Assembly: GCA_030753015.1 (NCBI GenBank)
Contig: JASMDC010000006.1
Location: 1 to 64,000, forward strand
Direction: 5' to 3'
DNA length: 64,000 nt
From: Candidatus Undinarchaeales archaeon
GTDB taxonomy: Archaea; SpSt-1190; JASMDC01
Shown in pieces: positions 28,807 through 37,380 of the stretch. Position 1 is the stretch's first letter, and each line of letters starts with the position of its first letter. The translations under genes and the position numbers were made by a program. The notes below the pieces were generated by a model, which did not search any database, was not told the DNA's origin, and saw nothing but the letters and a program-made list of their open reading frames with translations.

Positions 28807-29457
28807 ATGGGTGATACACTAGAGGACTACATCAAGGACTGTTTCAAGGACGGCTATACCGAGGACGAGGTTCGCGAGCGTCTGAAGGAGGCCGGCTATG
28901 AGCAGGATGAGGTGGAAGAAGCTTTCAACCACCTTCTCGGAGGCGCGTCAGAGGACACCGGAGAGAGCGTTGACGAGGTACCCGAGCCCGAGGCGCCACC
29001 GCCGCCAATTGCCAAGCATCGCGCTCGGCGGGGCAAACCGTCCATGCTCCCGGCCGTGCTCTTCCTCATCCTCTGCGGTCTTCTGCTGCTGGTGGCGGGA
29101 TACTACTACCTGTTCGTTATGGAGATGGACTGTACAGGTGATCCGGAGAGCTTCAGGACCAGGTTCGCTAACTGTCGCCCCGCCCGGACAGGTCTCGATG
29201 CAGGGGGCATGTCCGTGCAGTTACGGATCATCGATGGCAGCGGAGGGCGGTGCAATGTGGAAATGGTTGTCACAGGATACGCCGTGACGGAGGAGGCCCT
29301 CAAGGCCGAGGCAGAACTGCTACGCGGTAAGTCCATGGTATGTCGACTGACGACCATGCCTTCCTCGCTCGAGAGCGCCGCGGCCGCGGAGAACGAGTGT
29401 GAAGGGGACCTGCTTACTGCATTGAAGGAATCCGGGCGCCTTGACGGAGAGGCGTGA
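28807..29457 (+). CDS. Single-TM hypothetical protein with an N-terminal three-helix motif
   Basis: LEDYIKDCFKDGYTEDEVRERLKEAGY; TM; Cys-containing exterior domain. Confidence 0.75.
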   Translation: MGDTLEDYIKDCFKDGYTEDEVRERLKEAGYEQDEVEEAFNHLLGGASEDTGESVDEVPEPEAPPPPIAKHRARRGKPSMLPAVLFLILCGLLLLVAGYYYLFVMEMDCTGDPESFRTRFANCRPARTGLDAGGMSVQLRIIDGSGGRCNVEMVVTGYAVTEEALKAEAELLRGKSMVCRLTTMPSSLESAAAAENECEGDLLTALKESGRLDGEA

Positions 29458-29524
29458 CACCGAGCGCCAAGTTATAAAGCCTGGGAGGGACACGGTACAA
29501 TTGGGAGGATCGAGCCATCGGGAA

Positions 29525-30982
29525 ATGATGATGAACGTGTGGACTGGACGCCGCGGGAGCGTGGCCTGGTGGTTCACTGTCATCATGGGCATGATGGCGG
29601 GCGCTGTGTTCTTCATGCTCGCCTATAGGTTCATGGTCGGAGAGTCCGAGGTTCTCCATATCTCGACCGGCCAAGCGCTCATCTCAGGCATTAACAACTT
29701 CATCTCGATCGCTATCGGTTCCCCTTCCGAGATGGAGCAGGTATATTCCCTCCCCTCCTTCGGCAAGGAGAAGTACACGCTCTCGTTCGAGGACGAGATT
29801 GTGCCTCAGGCGACAGGCGAACCCCTTCTCAAGAAGAAGCTCTACATCGACCTGGGTGAGTCGAAGGTCGACCTAACCCTCTCGGCACGGAACATCGTCT
29901 CCTCAGAGATAAGGTACCCGCAGTTCAAGCAGCTCGCTATCAAGAAGTTCTCCATGGCCAATACGTTCTCATCAGTCTCCATGACCACGAACATCGTGCT
30001 CATATATCCTCCTCTGGAGATGATCATCATCCCGGACTGCGTTGGCGCCACGGGGCATGAGGACGAGTCCCAGCGACAGAAGGAGCTCATCTCGAAGATC
30101 ACTGATTCGCTTTCCAACTATGACGAGGTCATCATCCCGGGCGATAGGGAGTACATGTTCTTCACCAAGAAGAAGTCGCTGACCATATCGTATGCCTTCG
30201 ATCTGGACATGGTCCGCAAGCGAGCGGGGCTCGAGAGCGCATGTGATTACAACGTGATCGAGCACATACTCGCCACAAATGCCAAGGGCATATTCTTCCC
30301 CAACCAGAACGCCAAGAAGGTCGTGGTCGTCATCACCCAGTCCAACCAGCAACCAGACGCAATCAAGGCAGAGGTCGCAGCAGCCATCCCACGAGTGAAC
30401 GCCACCGACGTCATCGTGCTCCAGCGCTCAACCAACGACGCCCACCGAGACTGCCCCTATCGTACGCGGTTCGAGCTCAACGTGTTCAATCAGGAGACCT
30501 ACATCGAGCACGAGTTCGCCTACTACTTCTGCCCAACTCAGAACGCCTACCCGCTACTGCAGTACGTGGTTTCCCCCGACGGACCCTTTTACGCGGCAGC
30601 CTACCAATACAACCAGCTCTATTCCTACATCAACCGTACCAAGCGCAAGACTCAGGTCCTCAAGCGTATATTCTGTCCCAAGGGTCAGGACTGCCCATGT
30701 CCCCTCAGCGGTAGCTATGACAAGGACCAGAAGTTCTATCTCAATAAGGTTCAGGTGGAGCTCGAATCAATCCTGGCGGCGCTCGAGGGCTACCGTGATC
30801 CCCGAATCCTACTCGAGACCCTGGACGGGATGAGCGATCCCGTGCTCTACGATGATCAGTATTGCATCCACGCACCACCAGATGCGTCTGCTCTCTCCAA
30901 TTGCATTGTCACCCAGAGCATCGGCGGCCGACTCTCCTCTAAGCAATCGAAGCTGCTGGAATGCAGCCTTCCGAGGGTGTGA
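29525..30982 (+). CDS. Large class III signal-peptide protein (minor pilin/adhesin-like)
   Basis: GRRG^SVAWWFTVIMGMMAGAVFFML. Confidence 0.72.
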   Translation: MMMNVWTGRRGSVAWWFTVIMGMMAGAVFFMLAYRFMVGESEVLHISTGQALISGINNFISIAIGSPSEMEQVYSLPSFGKEKYTLSFEDEIVPQATGEPLLKKKLYIDLGESKVDLTLSARNIVSSEIRYPQFKQLAIKKFSMANTFSSVSMTTNIVLIYPPLEMIIIPDCVGATGHEDESQRQKELISKITDSLSNYDEVIIPGDREYMFFTKKKSLTISYAFDLDMVRKRAGLESACDYNVIEHILATNAKGIFFPNQNAKKVVVVITQSNQQPDAIKAEVAAAIPRVNATDVIVLQRSTNDAHRDCPYRTRFELNVFNQETYIEHEFAYYFCPTQNAYPLLQYVVSPDGPFYAAAYQYNQLYSYINRTKRKTQVLKRIFCPKGQDCPCPLSGSYDKDQKFYLNKVQVELESILAALEGYRDPRILLETLDGMSDPVLYDDQYCIHAPPDASALSNCIVTQSIGGRLSSKQSKLLECSLPRV

Positions 30983-30985
30983 ACC

Positions 30986-31954
30986 ATGGCGCGACGTGAC
31001 CTGCTCAGGAACCGGCGCGGCCTGTCAATGAACTCCATCGAGATGTACATGACCATGTTCTTCCTGTTCTTCATGTTCTTCTTCTTCATCATGATGGTGG
31101 CCAAGGTCCAGCGCTCCATGAACATGAGCAAGTTCTCTGCGACCGCTCACGATATGGTATTCGAGATAGCAGAGCGCGTATCGTCCTCCGAGTTCCTTGT
31201 GGCATCGAGCCCGTCCGGTCAGAAGAAGACGGCCGTGTTCGATCCCATCAAGCTCTCCACTGCAAACTACGACGACCTAAAGGAGTACCTCCAAGAGAAC
31301 AGGATCGACTGGGAGATCGAAGTGTTCGATCTCGAGGGAGACTATCGCGAGAAGATAGACAAGTGCTACAAGGACTATGCTCAGGACATGGAGGATTGTG
31401 AGGATACCGCTTCGGAGTGCCGCTTGAGGGCCAATGAGGAGCCCACACGCAATGATCGCGAGCGGGAGATCCGGCGGTGCCAGAACGGAGCGGTGGATTG
31501 CCGCCTCGGCGACGCTACCAAAGGGGAGACCCGGCTGAGCAATTGTCGTAAGGAGGAGCGGCGACAGTTCGACTGCTCTCCTGGAACAGTCGACTGGGAT
31601 AAGACCGTCAACTCTGTGGGGACGACCGGACAGATGTGTGAGAACGCGGATGGGTGCGCCGCGGCGTACCCCGGGTGGCTCACGCCCAATCCAGATCCCG
31701 GTACCAACCTCATGGACCCCAGTGTTCACGTGAACATAGATTGCATGCGCTGTGCCTACTGGCGTATCGGCCCCTCCGACCGTAACCTCCAAGAGCTGCG
31801 AGAGGGGCGTCAGAAGAGGGTAATCAAGCGCAAGATCATCTACGAGTTCCCCGCGGCCATCTCATACTACTGTGACGGCCGACCGACCACCCTACGCACC
31901 AAGCCCGTGCACCTTGCCGTGCTACGGGTGGCGGCGATCGAGTACGACTGGTGA
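30986..31954 (+). CDS. Class III signal-peptide Cys-rich protein
   Basis: RNRRG^LSMNSIEMYMTMFFLFFMFFF; spaced Cys in a helical region. Confidence 0.72.
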   Translation: MARRDLLRNRRGLSMNSIEMYMTMFFLFFMFFFFIMMVAKVQRSMNMSKFSATAHDMVFEIAERVSSSEFLVASSPSGQKKTAVFDPIKLSTANYDDLKEYLQENRIDWEIEVFDLEGDYREKIDKCYKDYAQDMEDCEDTASECRLRANEEPTRNDREREIRRCQNGAVDCRLGDATKGETRLSNCRKEERRQFDCSPGTVDWDKTVNSVGTTGQMCENADGCAAAYPGWLTPNPDPGTNLMDPSVHVNIDCMRCAYWRIGPSDRNLQELREGRQKRVIKRKIIYEFPAAISYYCDGRPTTLRTKPVHLAVLRVAAIEYDW

Positions 31955-31958
31955 TAAT

Positions 31959-32507
31959 ATGGCGATGAGAAGACGACTGTTCATCGGCTCCATTCGATCA
32001 CAAGCAGGCATGCTGGGAGTGGTGCTCATCGGTGCCGTCATCATGGTGGCCACGATCATGCTCGTGCGACAGTCGCTCACCTCGGGGGCATATGGCATCG
32101 AAAAGAAGTACTTCGACCGTACAGTGAACAACGCTCTCCTAGGCCTGCTGTCCGCCACCGATGACGACCTCGAGCAGCATATCACTATCTACGATCTCAT
32201 CAAGTCGGCCAAGGAGGATAAGAAGGTGGGCATCAAGGACGCCAAGACCTACACACCGCCGGTGATCCATAAGAAGATGCGGATGTTATCCAATCGCTTT
32301 CTAGAGCGATACAGCATGCACTACTATCTTTACGTGGGCTCCATCGACCGACCCATCCTCACTGCAGGTGACTACGAGAAGTACAACAAGTGCAAGACCG
32401 ATCCCAAGTGCCGGTTGCAGGTGTATACGGACCAGTTCGAGGATATCTATCTCTATATCTTCCGCACATGCTGGACAAGTGCCGACGGAAAGGGCCAGTG
32501 CACATGA
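31959..32507 (+). CDS. Pilin-like protein
   Basis: Basic N-terminus RRR..IRS^QAGMLGVVLIG followed by a hydrophobic helix. Confidence 0.65.
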   Translation: MAMRRRLFIGSIRSQAGMLGVVLIGAVIMVATIMLVRQSLTSGAYGIEKKYFDRTVNNALLGLLSATDDDLEQHITIYDLIKSAKEDKKVGIKDAKTYTPPVIHKKMRMLSNRFLERYSMHYYLYVGSIDRPILTAGDYEKYNKCKTDPKCRLQVYTDQFEDIYLYIFRTCWTSADGKGQCT

Positions 32508-32517
32508 GGTGAATGTC

Positions 32518-33489
32518 ATGTTACGGGCGTTCGCGGACTGGATGACACTCTATGGCCACATCATCCGCACTCAGCGCTCCGGCGACCTCCTGGCACAATT
32601 GAGCCTTGCAGTATCATGGTTCTGGATGCTGGTCTTCATCGCGCCGTACATCCCATTCGTCGAGCATATTCCCTGGCTGGACCGCATCGCATCATATGCC
32701 ACCCGGCGTGCGTTCGGTATCAGCCTGCGCTTCATGATACTCGTGCTACTTCCCCTGATCATGGGGTTCTTACACGGCGCGAACGATGCCTTCCGACGGC
32801 GCAACCGCTATTACCCGCGGACCTATGCCGAGATACGGAGGGGTGTCGACCAACTCCTCCTAGAGACAGGTACGGTAATGGACGCAATAGGGCTCGTGCT
32901 CATCTCTATCGGCAGGGGGTGGTTGGCAATGTTCCGGTGGCTCATCAACCACCTGTTCGTGTACGTGTCAGCGGCCCTGGACATCCTCGTTGAATGGTCG
33001 TCGGGTGCGGCGCTCGATTCATTCCTCGTCACGGGACGGCCTCAGGATCTACGGACGCTCGCCTCGTTCATCTCTCAGGAGCTGGAGGCCAGCGGTCAGC
33101 GCGTCACCTTCTGTGGCGTGGCCACGGACGAGCACGGGGCCCGGGGCGCGGCGCTGAAAGGGCTGGACCATGCCCTGGGGGTGCACGGTTTTATCCGCTC
33201 GCCTCGCTTATCCCTAATGGTGGGTGAAGCGGGGGTGGCTGGTGTAGGTGATCGTGAGGCCTTGGGCGCGTTCTATCTCAGGGTAAGGAACCGCCTCCTC
33301 CTACACCTTCTCCGCTGCTCCCACCCTGACGCGCTGGGACCCGAAGAGACGCTCAACGGCGGAGAGGCGCTGCCGCCCGGTACCGTGGAGGCTCTCGCCA
33401 GCGATGAGGACGTCACCATGGATGATCTGCAGGTGCTGGCGCTCAAGCGGGCGCTCGTTGAGGGGGGACCTTTCCTTCCAGGAGCTTAG
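32518..33489 (+). CDS. Hypothetical membrane protein
   Basis: N-terminal TM helices; operonic spacing. Confidence 0.65.
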   Translation: MLRAFADWMTLYGHIIRTQRSGDLLAQLSLAVSWFWMLVFIAPYIPFVEHIPWLDRIASYATRRAFGISLRFMILVLLPLIMGFLHGANDAFRRRNRYYPRTYAEIRRGVDQLLLETGTVMDAIGLVLISIGRGWLAMFRWLINHLFVYVSAALDILVEWSSGAALDSFLVTGRPQDLRTLASFISQELEASGQRVTFCGVATDEHGARGAALKGLDHALGVHGFIRSPRLSLMVGEAGVAGVGDREALGAFYLRVRNRLLLHLLRCSHPDALGPEETLNGGEALPPGTVEALASDEDVTMDDLQVLALKRALVEGGPFLPGA

Positions 33490-33502
33490 AGGGCCGAACG
33501 AT

Positions 33503-34099
33503 ATGTCAGGGAGTAGACCCGCCGTCGTCATCATCATCCTGCTTCTCGTTGCGTGCATCGTCCTCCTCGCCAAATGCGTCAGCCTCGTCCGGGACAAGAC
33601 CGAGCTCGAGCAAGAGCTGCAGGAGATCCGATGGGAAATGGATGACCGCTTGTCGTCCGTCAGAGACTTCGAGGGACACGCTCTCACCCTACTCGCCGAG
33701 CACATGCTCCCGATCCTGCTCTCAGGAACGGATGAGAACCTGGAAGGGAACATCACGGTCAGTGAGCTGGTCCAACACGCAGGCAGGGGCGGGAAGGTAG
33801 ATATCAAGGACGCGGTCAGCTACGTCCCCGTGGTAATCCACCGGAAGATGGGCCCCTTTGTCGAGAAAGACCTCAAATCCCACGGGATCGCGTACTACCT
33901 GACCGCGGGTCCTATCGGCCGGCCGTTCCTGGAAGCGGGCGATACGCGTGGTTACAACGCTTGCCTCTCGGACGTCCAATGCAGCCTCGTAACAGGGAAC
34001 GCCCGGGACGGGAACGTGATCCTGATGCTCTTCAGAGAGGAGTACGGGGTCCGGCCCAACTCACGATTGCCTCTGCCGCCGATGCCGCTCGTACCCTAG
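33503..34099 (+). CDS. Diverged paralog of 31959-32507
   Basis: ITVSELV...KVDIKDAVSYVPVVIHRKM versus ITIYDLI...KVGIKDAKTYTPPVIHKKM. Confidence 0.7.
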   Translation: MSGSRPAVVIIILLLVACIVLLAKCVSLVRDKTELEQELQEIRWEMDDRLSSVRDFEGHALTLLAEHMLPILLSGTDENLEGNITVSELVQHAGRGGKVDIKDAVSYVPVVIHRKMGPFVEKDLKSHGIAYYLTAGPIGRPFLEAGDTRGYNACLSDVQCSLVTGNARDGNVILMLFREEYGVRPNSRLPLPPMPLVP

Positions 34100-35154
34100 A
34101 AGTTTGACATCAGCTCCTGCTTCTTCTGGGCGTACTCCTGCTCGCTGATGAGTCCCTGCTCGAACAGACCCTTGAGCTTGTTGAGCTTGGACCCGATGTC
34201 GTCGCCCGCAGGTGCTGCAGCGGCCACGGGCTGTGGTGCGGCCTGCATGGGCTGCTGCTGCCACTGACGTGTCGCCATCTGTTGACGCTGCTGCTGCTGC
34301 ATCATCATCTGCTGCTGCCACATCTGCTGCTCGGGGGACATCTGCTGCTGCTGACCCGTTATGCCCACGTTGACGTTCGAGGTCCGCGAGGCCTGCATGG
34401 CCTCCTGGTACGATTCCTTCTCGTACTTCTTGCCGAGGATGTCGGGGCTCTTCTCAAGGATCTCCATCTCCTTGAGCTTTAGCGCGTCGATGCCCATCTC
34501 CTGGGCCATCTTCATCCTTTCCATCTCCACGGACATCTCCGACTTCTTCTTCATCATGGAGATCTCCTGGAGCTTCAGCGACTCCAGCGCCTCCTTGATG
34601 TTGTCGGGTACGTTCACGCCCTGGATCTCAAGACGCTTGTAGTCGATACCGCGGACGCTGAAGAGCTCCTGGAGCTTGGCGCGCACGACAGAGATGAGCA
34701 CATCCCGCTCGACGTAGATCTGCTTGACATCGAGGTTGGAGAGCTCTGAACGGATGACTCCCTGGATGTTGTCCATGAGCTGTGCTCGGAGCATCTGTGT
34801 GTTGTACAAAGGCTTGCCTGCCAGCACCTGGGTGTAGAACAGCTTGGAATCGCTGATCTGCAGTTCCATGGTACCGAAGGCCCCTACTCGAACATTGTCC
34901 TTGGAGAACGTCTCGGGCAGGCCCCACTTGAACTCGAAGGGTCGCAGACGCACGTACACGAACTGAGAGCTGCCCACGAGGGGCATGTTCGAGGTCACGT
35001 GACGTCCGGCACCGAATTCCTGATAGATCTTTCCGTCGCGGATGAACAGACAGCGCTCGTACTCATTGACGAGGAAGTGTGGGATGCGCCCCACGTCCAC
35101 TATCTTCGCGAGCTCTCCGGGCTGCCATTCTACAGTATAGGCTGATATCGGCAT
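34096..35154 (-). CDS. SPFH/Band-7 domain protein with a Q/M-rich linker and C-terminal SHOCT
   Basis: VNEYE..LFIRDGK...FGAGRH SPFH start; KLNKLKGLFEQGLISEQEYAQKKQELM SHOCT. Confidence 0.82.
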   Translation of the reverse strand: MPISAYTVEWQPGELAKIVDVGRIPHFLVNEYERCLFIRDGKIYQEFGAGRHVTSNMPLVGSSQFVYVRLRPFEFKWGLPETFSKDNVRVGAFGTMELQISDSKLFYTQVLAGKPLYNTQMLRAQLMDNIQGVIRSELSNLDVKQIYVERDVLISVVRAKLQELFSVRGIDYKRLEIQGVNVPDNIKEALESLKLQEISMMKKKSEMSVEMERMKMAQEMGIDALKLKEMEILEKSPDILGKKYEKESYQEAMQASRTSNVNVGITGQQQQMSPEQQMWQQQMMMQQQQRQQMATRQWQQQPMQAAPQPVAAAAPAGDDIGSKLNKLKGLFEQGLISEQEYAQKKQELMSNF

Positions 35155-35157
35155 TGA

Positions 35158-35583
35158 TTACCACCTCTGGATAATGTCCTCAAGTCGTTTGACGTCGCGC
35201 AGGAAATCGTCCTTCGTATCGTAGTTGGGCCTCTTCTTCACCCACTCGGCGAGGGAGTTCTGCACGTCGTTCCATTCGTCGCTGTGCTTCTCCTTGAAGG
35301 CGGCGATGTTCCAGTCGCCCTTCTCCTGAAGCTTTGCGAGCATCTGGTTCACGCGGATGAGGGATTCGTAGTCGCCCCCCTCCTGGAACGTCCACTGGAT
35401 GCGGCTGTCCATGTACTCGGCGGACCGCCGCAGGTCATTGATCATTTTACGGATGTCGTCATGGGCGGCGATGGCCGCCTGACGACGCTTGTCACGGAGC
35501 ATATAGATGTAGTAGATTATGCCGATGACCACGATGGCGCCCGCGATCTGGATGGCCATTTCTTCTTGGGTCATGAGCAGCAC
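35158..35583 (-). CDS. Single-TM hypothetical protein
   Basis: N-terminal TM; tight operon spacing. Confidence 0.7.
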   Translation of the reverse strand: MLLMTQEEMAIQIAGAIVVIGIIYYIYMLRDKRRQAAIAAHDDIRKMINDLRRSAEYMDSRIQWTFQEGGDYESLIRVNQMLAKLQEKGDWNIAAFKEKHSDEWNDVQNSLAEWVKKRPNYDTKDDFLRDVKRLEDIIQRW

Positions 35584-36120
35584 CTACGAGAGATCGACGT
35601 CGTCCTCGATGGTGACTACGCCGTTGATGACGTCCTTGCGTCGTTCGAAGTCCTTGCGGATAACCTCGATCTCCCGCTGGAGGTCGAGGATCTCCTTGAG
35701 CGCCGTGTCGGGGGCCCCCATGGCCTTGTCGGTGAGTTCCTCGCAATGACGCTGGAAGTTCTTCGACTTGATGATTATGCGGCCGTCGTAGTTAGCCAGA
35801 CCTTCCAGCGTGTTCTCCTTGACCTTGACCTGGTCGAAGAGGCCGCCGTAGCCGTACTCTGCCGAGCGGATGGTGGCCATCACGACATCGACCTGGCTGC
35901 GCAGCTTCTCCGCCATGGGGAGGCTGTTGCGCTGGCCCAGCTGAAGGAGCATTGCCTGGAGCTGGTCGACCGCTCCCTTGCCATGCTCGAGGAAGAGCAC
36001 TGCCTTGTCCCTAATGAGCCGGTCGGTCTCCCTTCGCCGCTCCTTGCTTGCATATCCGCCATACCCCGGTATGAGGTTGACGAGCTTGTCCTTGATACCG
36101 TGTTCGAACTCGATAGCCAT
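35584..36120 (-). CDS. Helical hypothetical protein
   Basis: IPGYGGY..KERRRETDRLIR...YGYGGLFDQVKV; GGAG RBS. Confidence 0.75.
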   Translation of the reverse strand: MAIEFEHGIKDKLVNLIPGYGGYASKERRRETDRLIRDKAVLFLEHGKGAVDQLQAMLLQLGQRNSLPMAEKLRSQVDVVMATIRSAEYGYGGLFDQVKVKENTLEGLANYDGRIIIKSKNFQRHCEELTDKAMGAPDTALKEILDLQREIEVIRKDFERRKDVINGVVTIEDDVDLS

Positions 36121-36132
36121 GTGATCTCCTCC

Positions 36133-36738
36133 TTATAATCCAAGCATCCGGCGGTTCACCTCACGACCGACGAAGAGCTCCACCTCGTCCTCGGCCATCT
36201 CGATGCTGATCGCCTTGTCATCCTCCGTCCATCCGTCGATGTAGTCGACCTCCTCTTCATAGTCAACTGCGAATGGGATCTGGCCTTCGACGTGGGTGAT
36301 GCGGGCGGTGCCCACCTCCTCCACTGTGACGGACATCCCGTTGATATTGATACGCGAGTTGGCCCGTACACCGGGCGGGACGGGGGTCTTCAGTCGCTTC
36401 TTGAAGTACATGGTCCAGTCCCCATCGTCGTACTGCAGCCACCCGAGGGTGCCGTCTGAGAACTCGCACATGTACTCGTACCACGTATCACCGTCCTCGG
36501 AATACTCGAGGATGCCTGAGACAGTGAAGGGCTGCTGCCCGCGGAAGTTACCCTGCATACCGACCTTGAGCGGACCAGCGGATGTTTTCTTGGGGACGAA
36601 CTTGCCCATCTTTGTCGGATTTTGCTCGATGTCGAGCTGGTTGATGACGTCGCAGAACTCGCACTTGATGGTCCTGACATCAGGATTAGTAAGCTGGAGC
36701 GGCGCCCCGCATTTCATGCATGTTATGGCCTTCGTCAT
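36133..36738 (-). CDS. Zn-ribbon plus DUF4178 domain protein
   Basis: CMKCGAPL..CEFC; LKVGMQG, WYEY...GWL..DDG, V.EVG.A...VEGQIP, E..LFVG. Confidence 0.8.
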   Translation of the reverse strand: MTKAITCMKCGAPLQLTNPDVRTIKCEFCDVINQLDIEQNPTKMGKFVPKKTSAGPLKVGMQGNFRGQQPFTVSGILEYSEDGDTWYEYMCEFSDGTLGWLQYDDGDWTMYFKKRLKTPVPPGVRANSRININGMSVTVEEVGTARITHVEGQIPFAVDYEEEVDYIDGWTEDDKAISIEMAEDEVELFVGREVNRRMLGL

Positions 36739-36840
36739 GCGCTTCCCCCTCCATGTGCGCACCCCTAAAAGCAAGGACAAGATTTATATATCCCACGACG
36801 TTATCGCGGCGCATACCGGCTCAAAGGAGATGGATTGCAT

Positions 36841-37380
36841 ATGGGCCTTAGACCATCAAAATGCTACCGGGATGTTAAAAACCCGGCATACACGCGTTAT
36901 TCACGAAGACTCCCCCGGAAATCCTACATCAAGGGAATTCCGGGCTCAAAGGTCGTTATGTACGACATGGGCAATAAAACGGGTTCTTTTACCACGGAAG
37001 TCTCTCTGGTTACCGCGGAACGCAAACAACTGAGACATAACGCTCTGGAAGCGGCACGCGTCGCGACGAACAAGTATCTCACCAAACAGCTGGGAAAGCT
37101 TGCGTATCGTCTGAAGATCCGTGTCTGGCCTCACCACATCATGCGAGAGAACCCTATCGCTAGTGGTGCGGGGGCGGACCGGTTCCAGACCGGCATGAAG
37201 AAGTCTTTCGGCAAACCCATCGGCAGGACAGCCCGGGTGAAGGCCAACCAGAAGATCATGACCGTGTATACCGATGAGCTGAACATCGTCGCGGCGAAGG
37301 AGGCCCTGTACAGGGCCAAGATGAAGCTTCCGAACCGTTGCCTGATCCTAGTGGAGAAGGTGGTGACACCACATGCCTGA
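36841..37380 (+). CDS. rpl10e: 50S ribosomal protein L10e (uL16)
   Basis: RP.KCYR, YIKGIP, LRHNALEAAR, PHHIMREN, GADR.QTGMK.SFGKP.G. Confidence 0.96.
   Translation: MGLRPSKCYRDVKNPAYTRYSRRLPRKSYIKGIPGSKVVMYDMGNKTGSFTTEVSLVTAERKQLRHNALEAARVATNKYLTKQLGKLAYRLKIRVWPHHIMRENPIASGAGADRFQTGMKKSFGKPIGRTARVKANQKIMTVYTDELNIVAAKEALYRAKMKLPNRCLILVEKVVTPHA

Noticed and set aside
34250-34353. CTG-rich tandem repeat as a DNA element
   Set aside because: Explained by poly-Gln coding on the minus strand of the SPFH gene.
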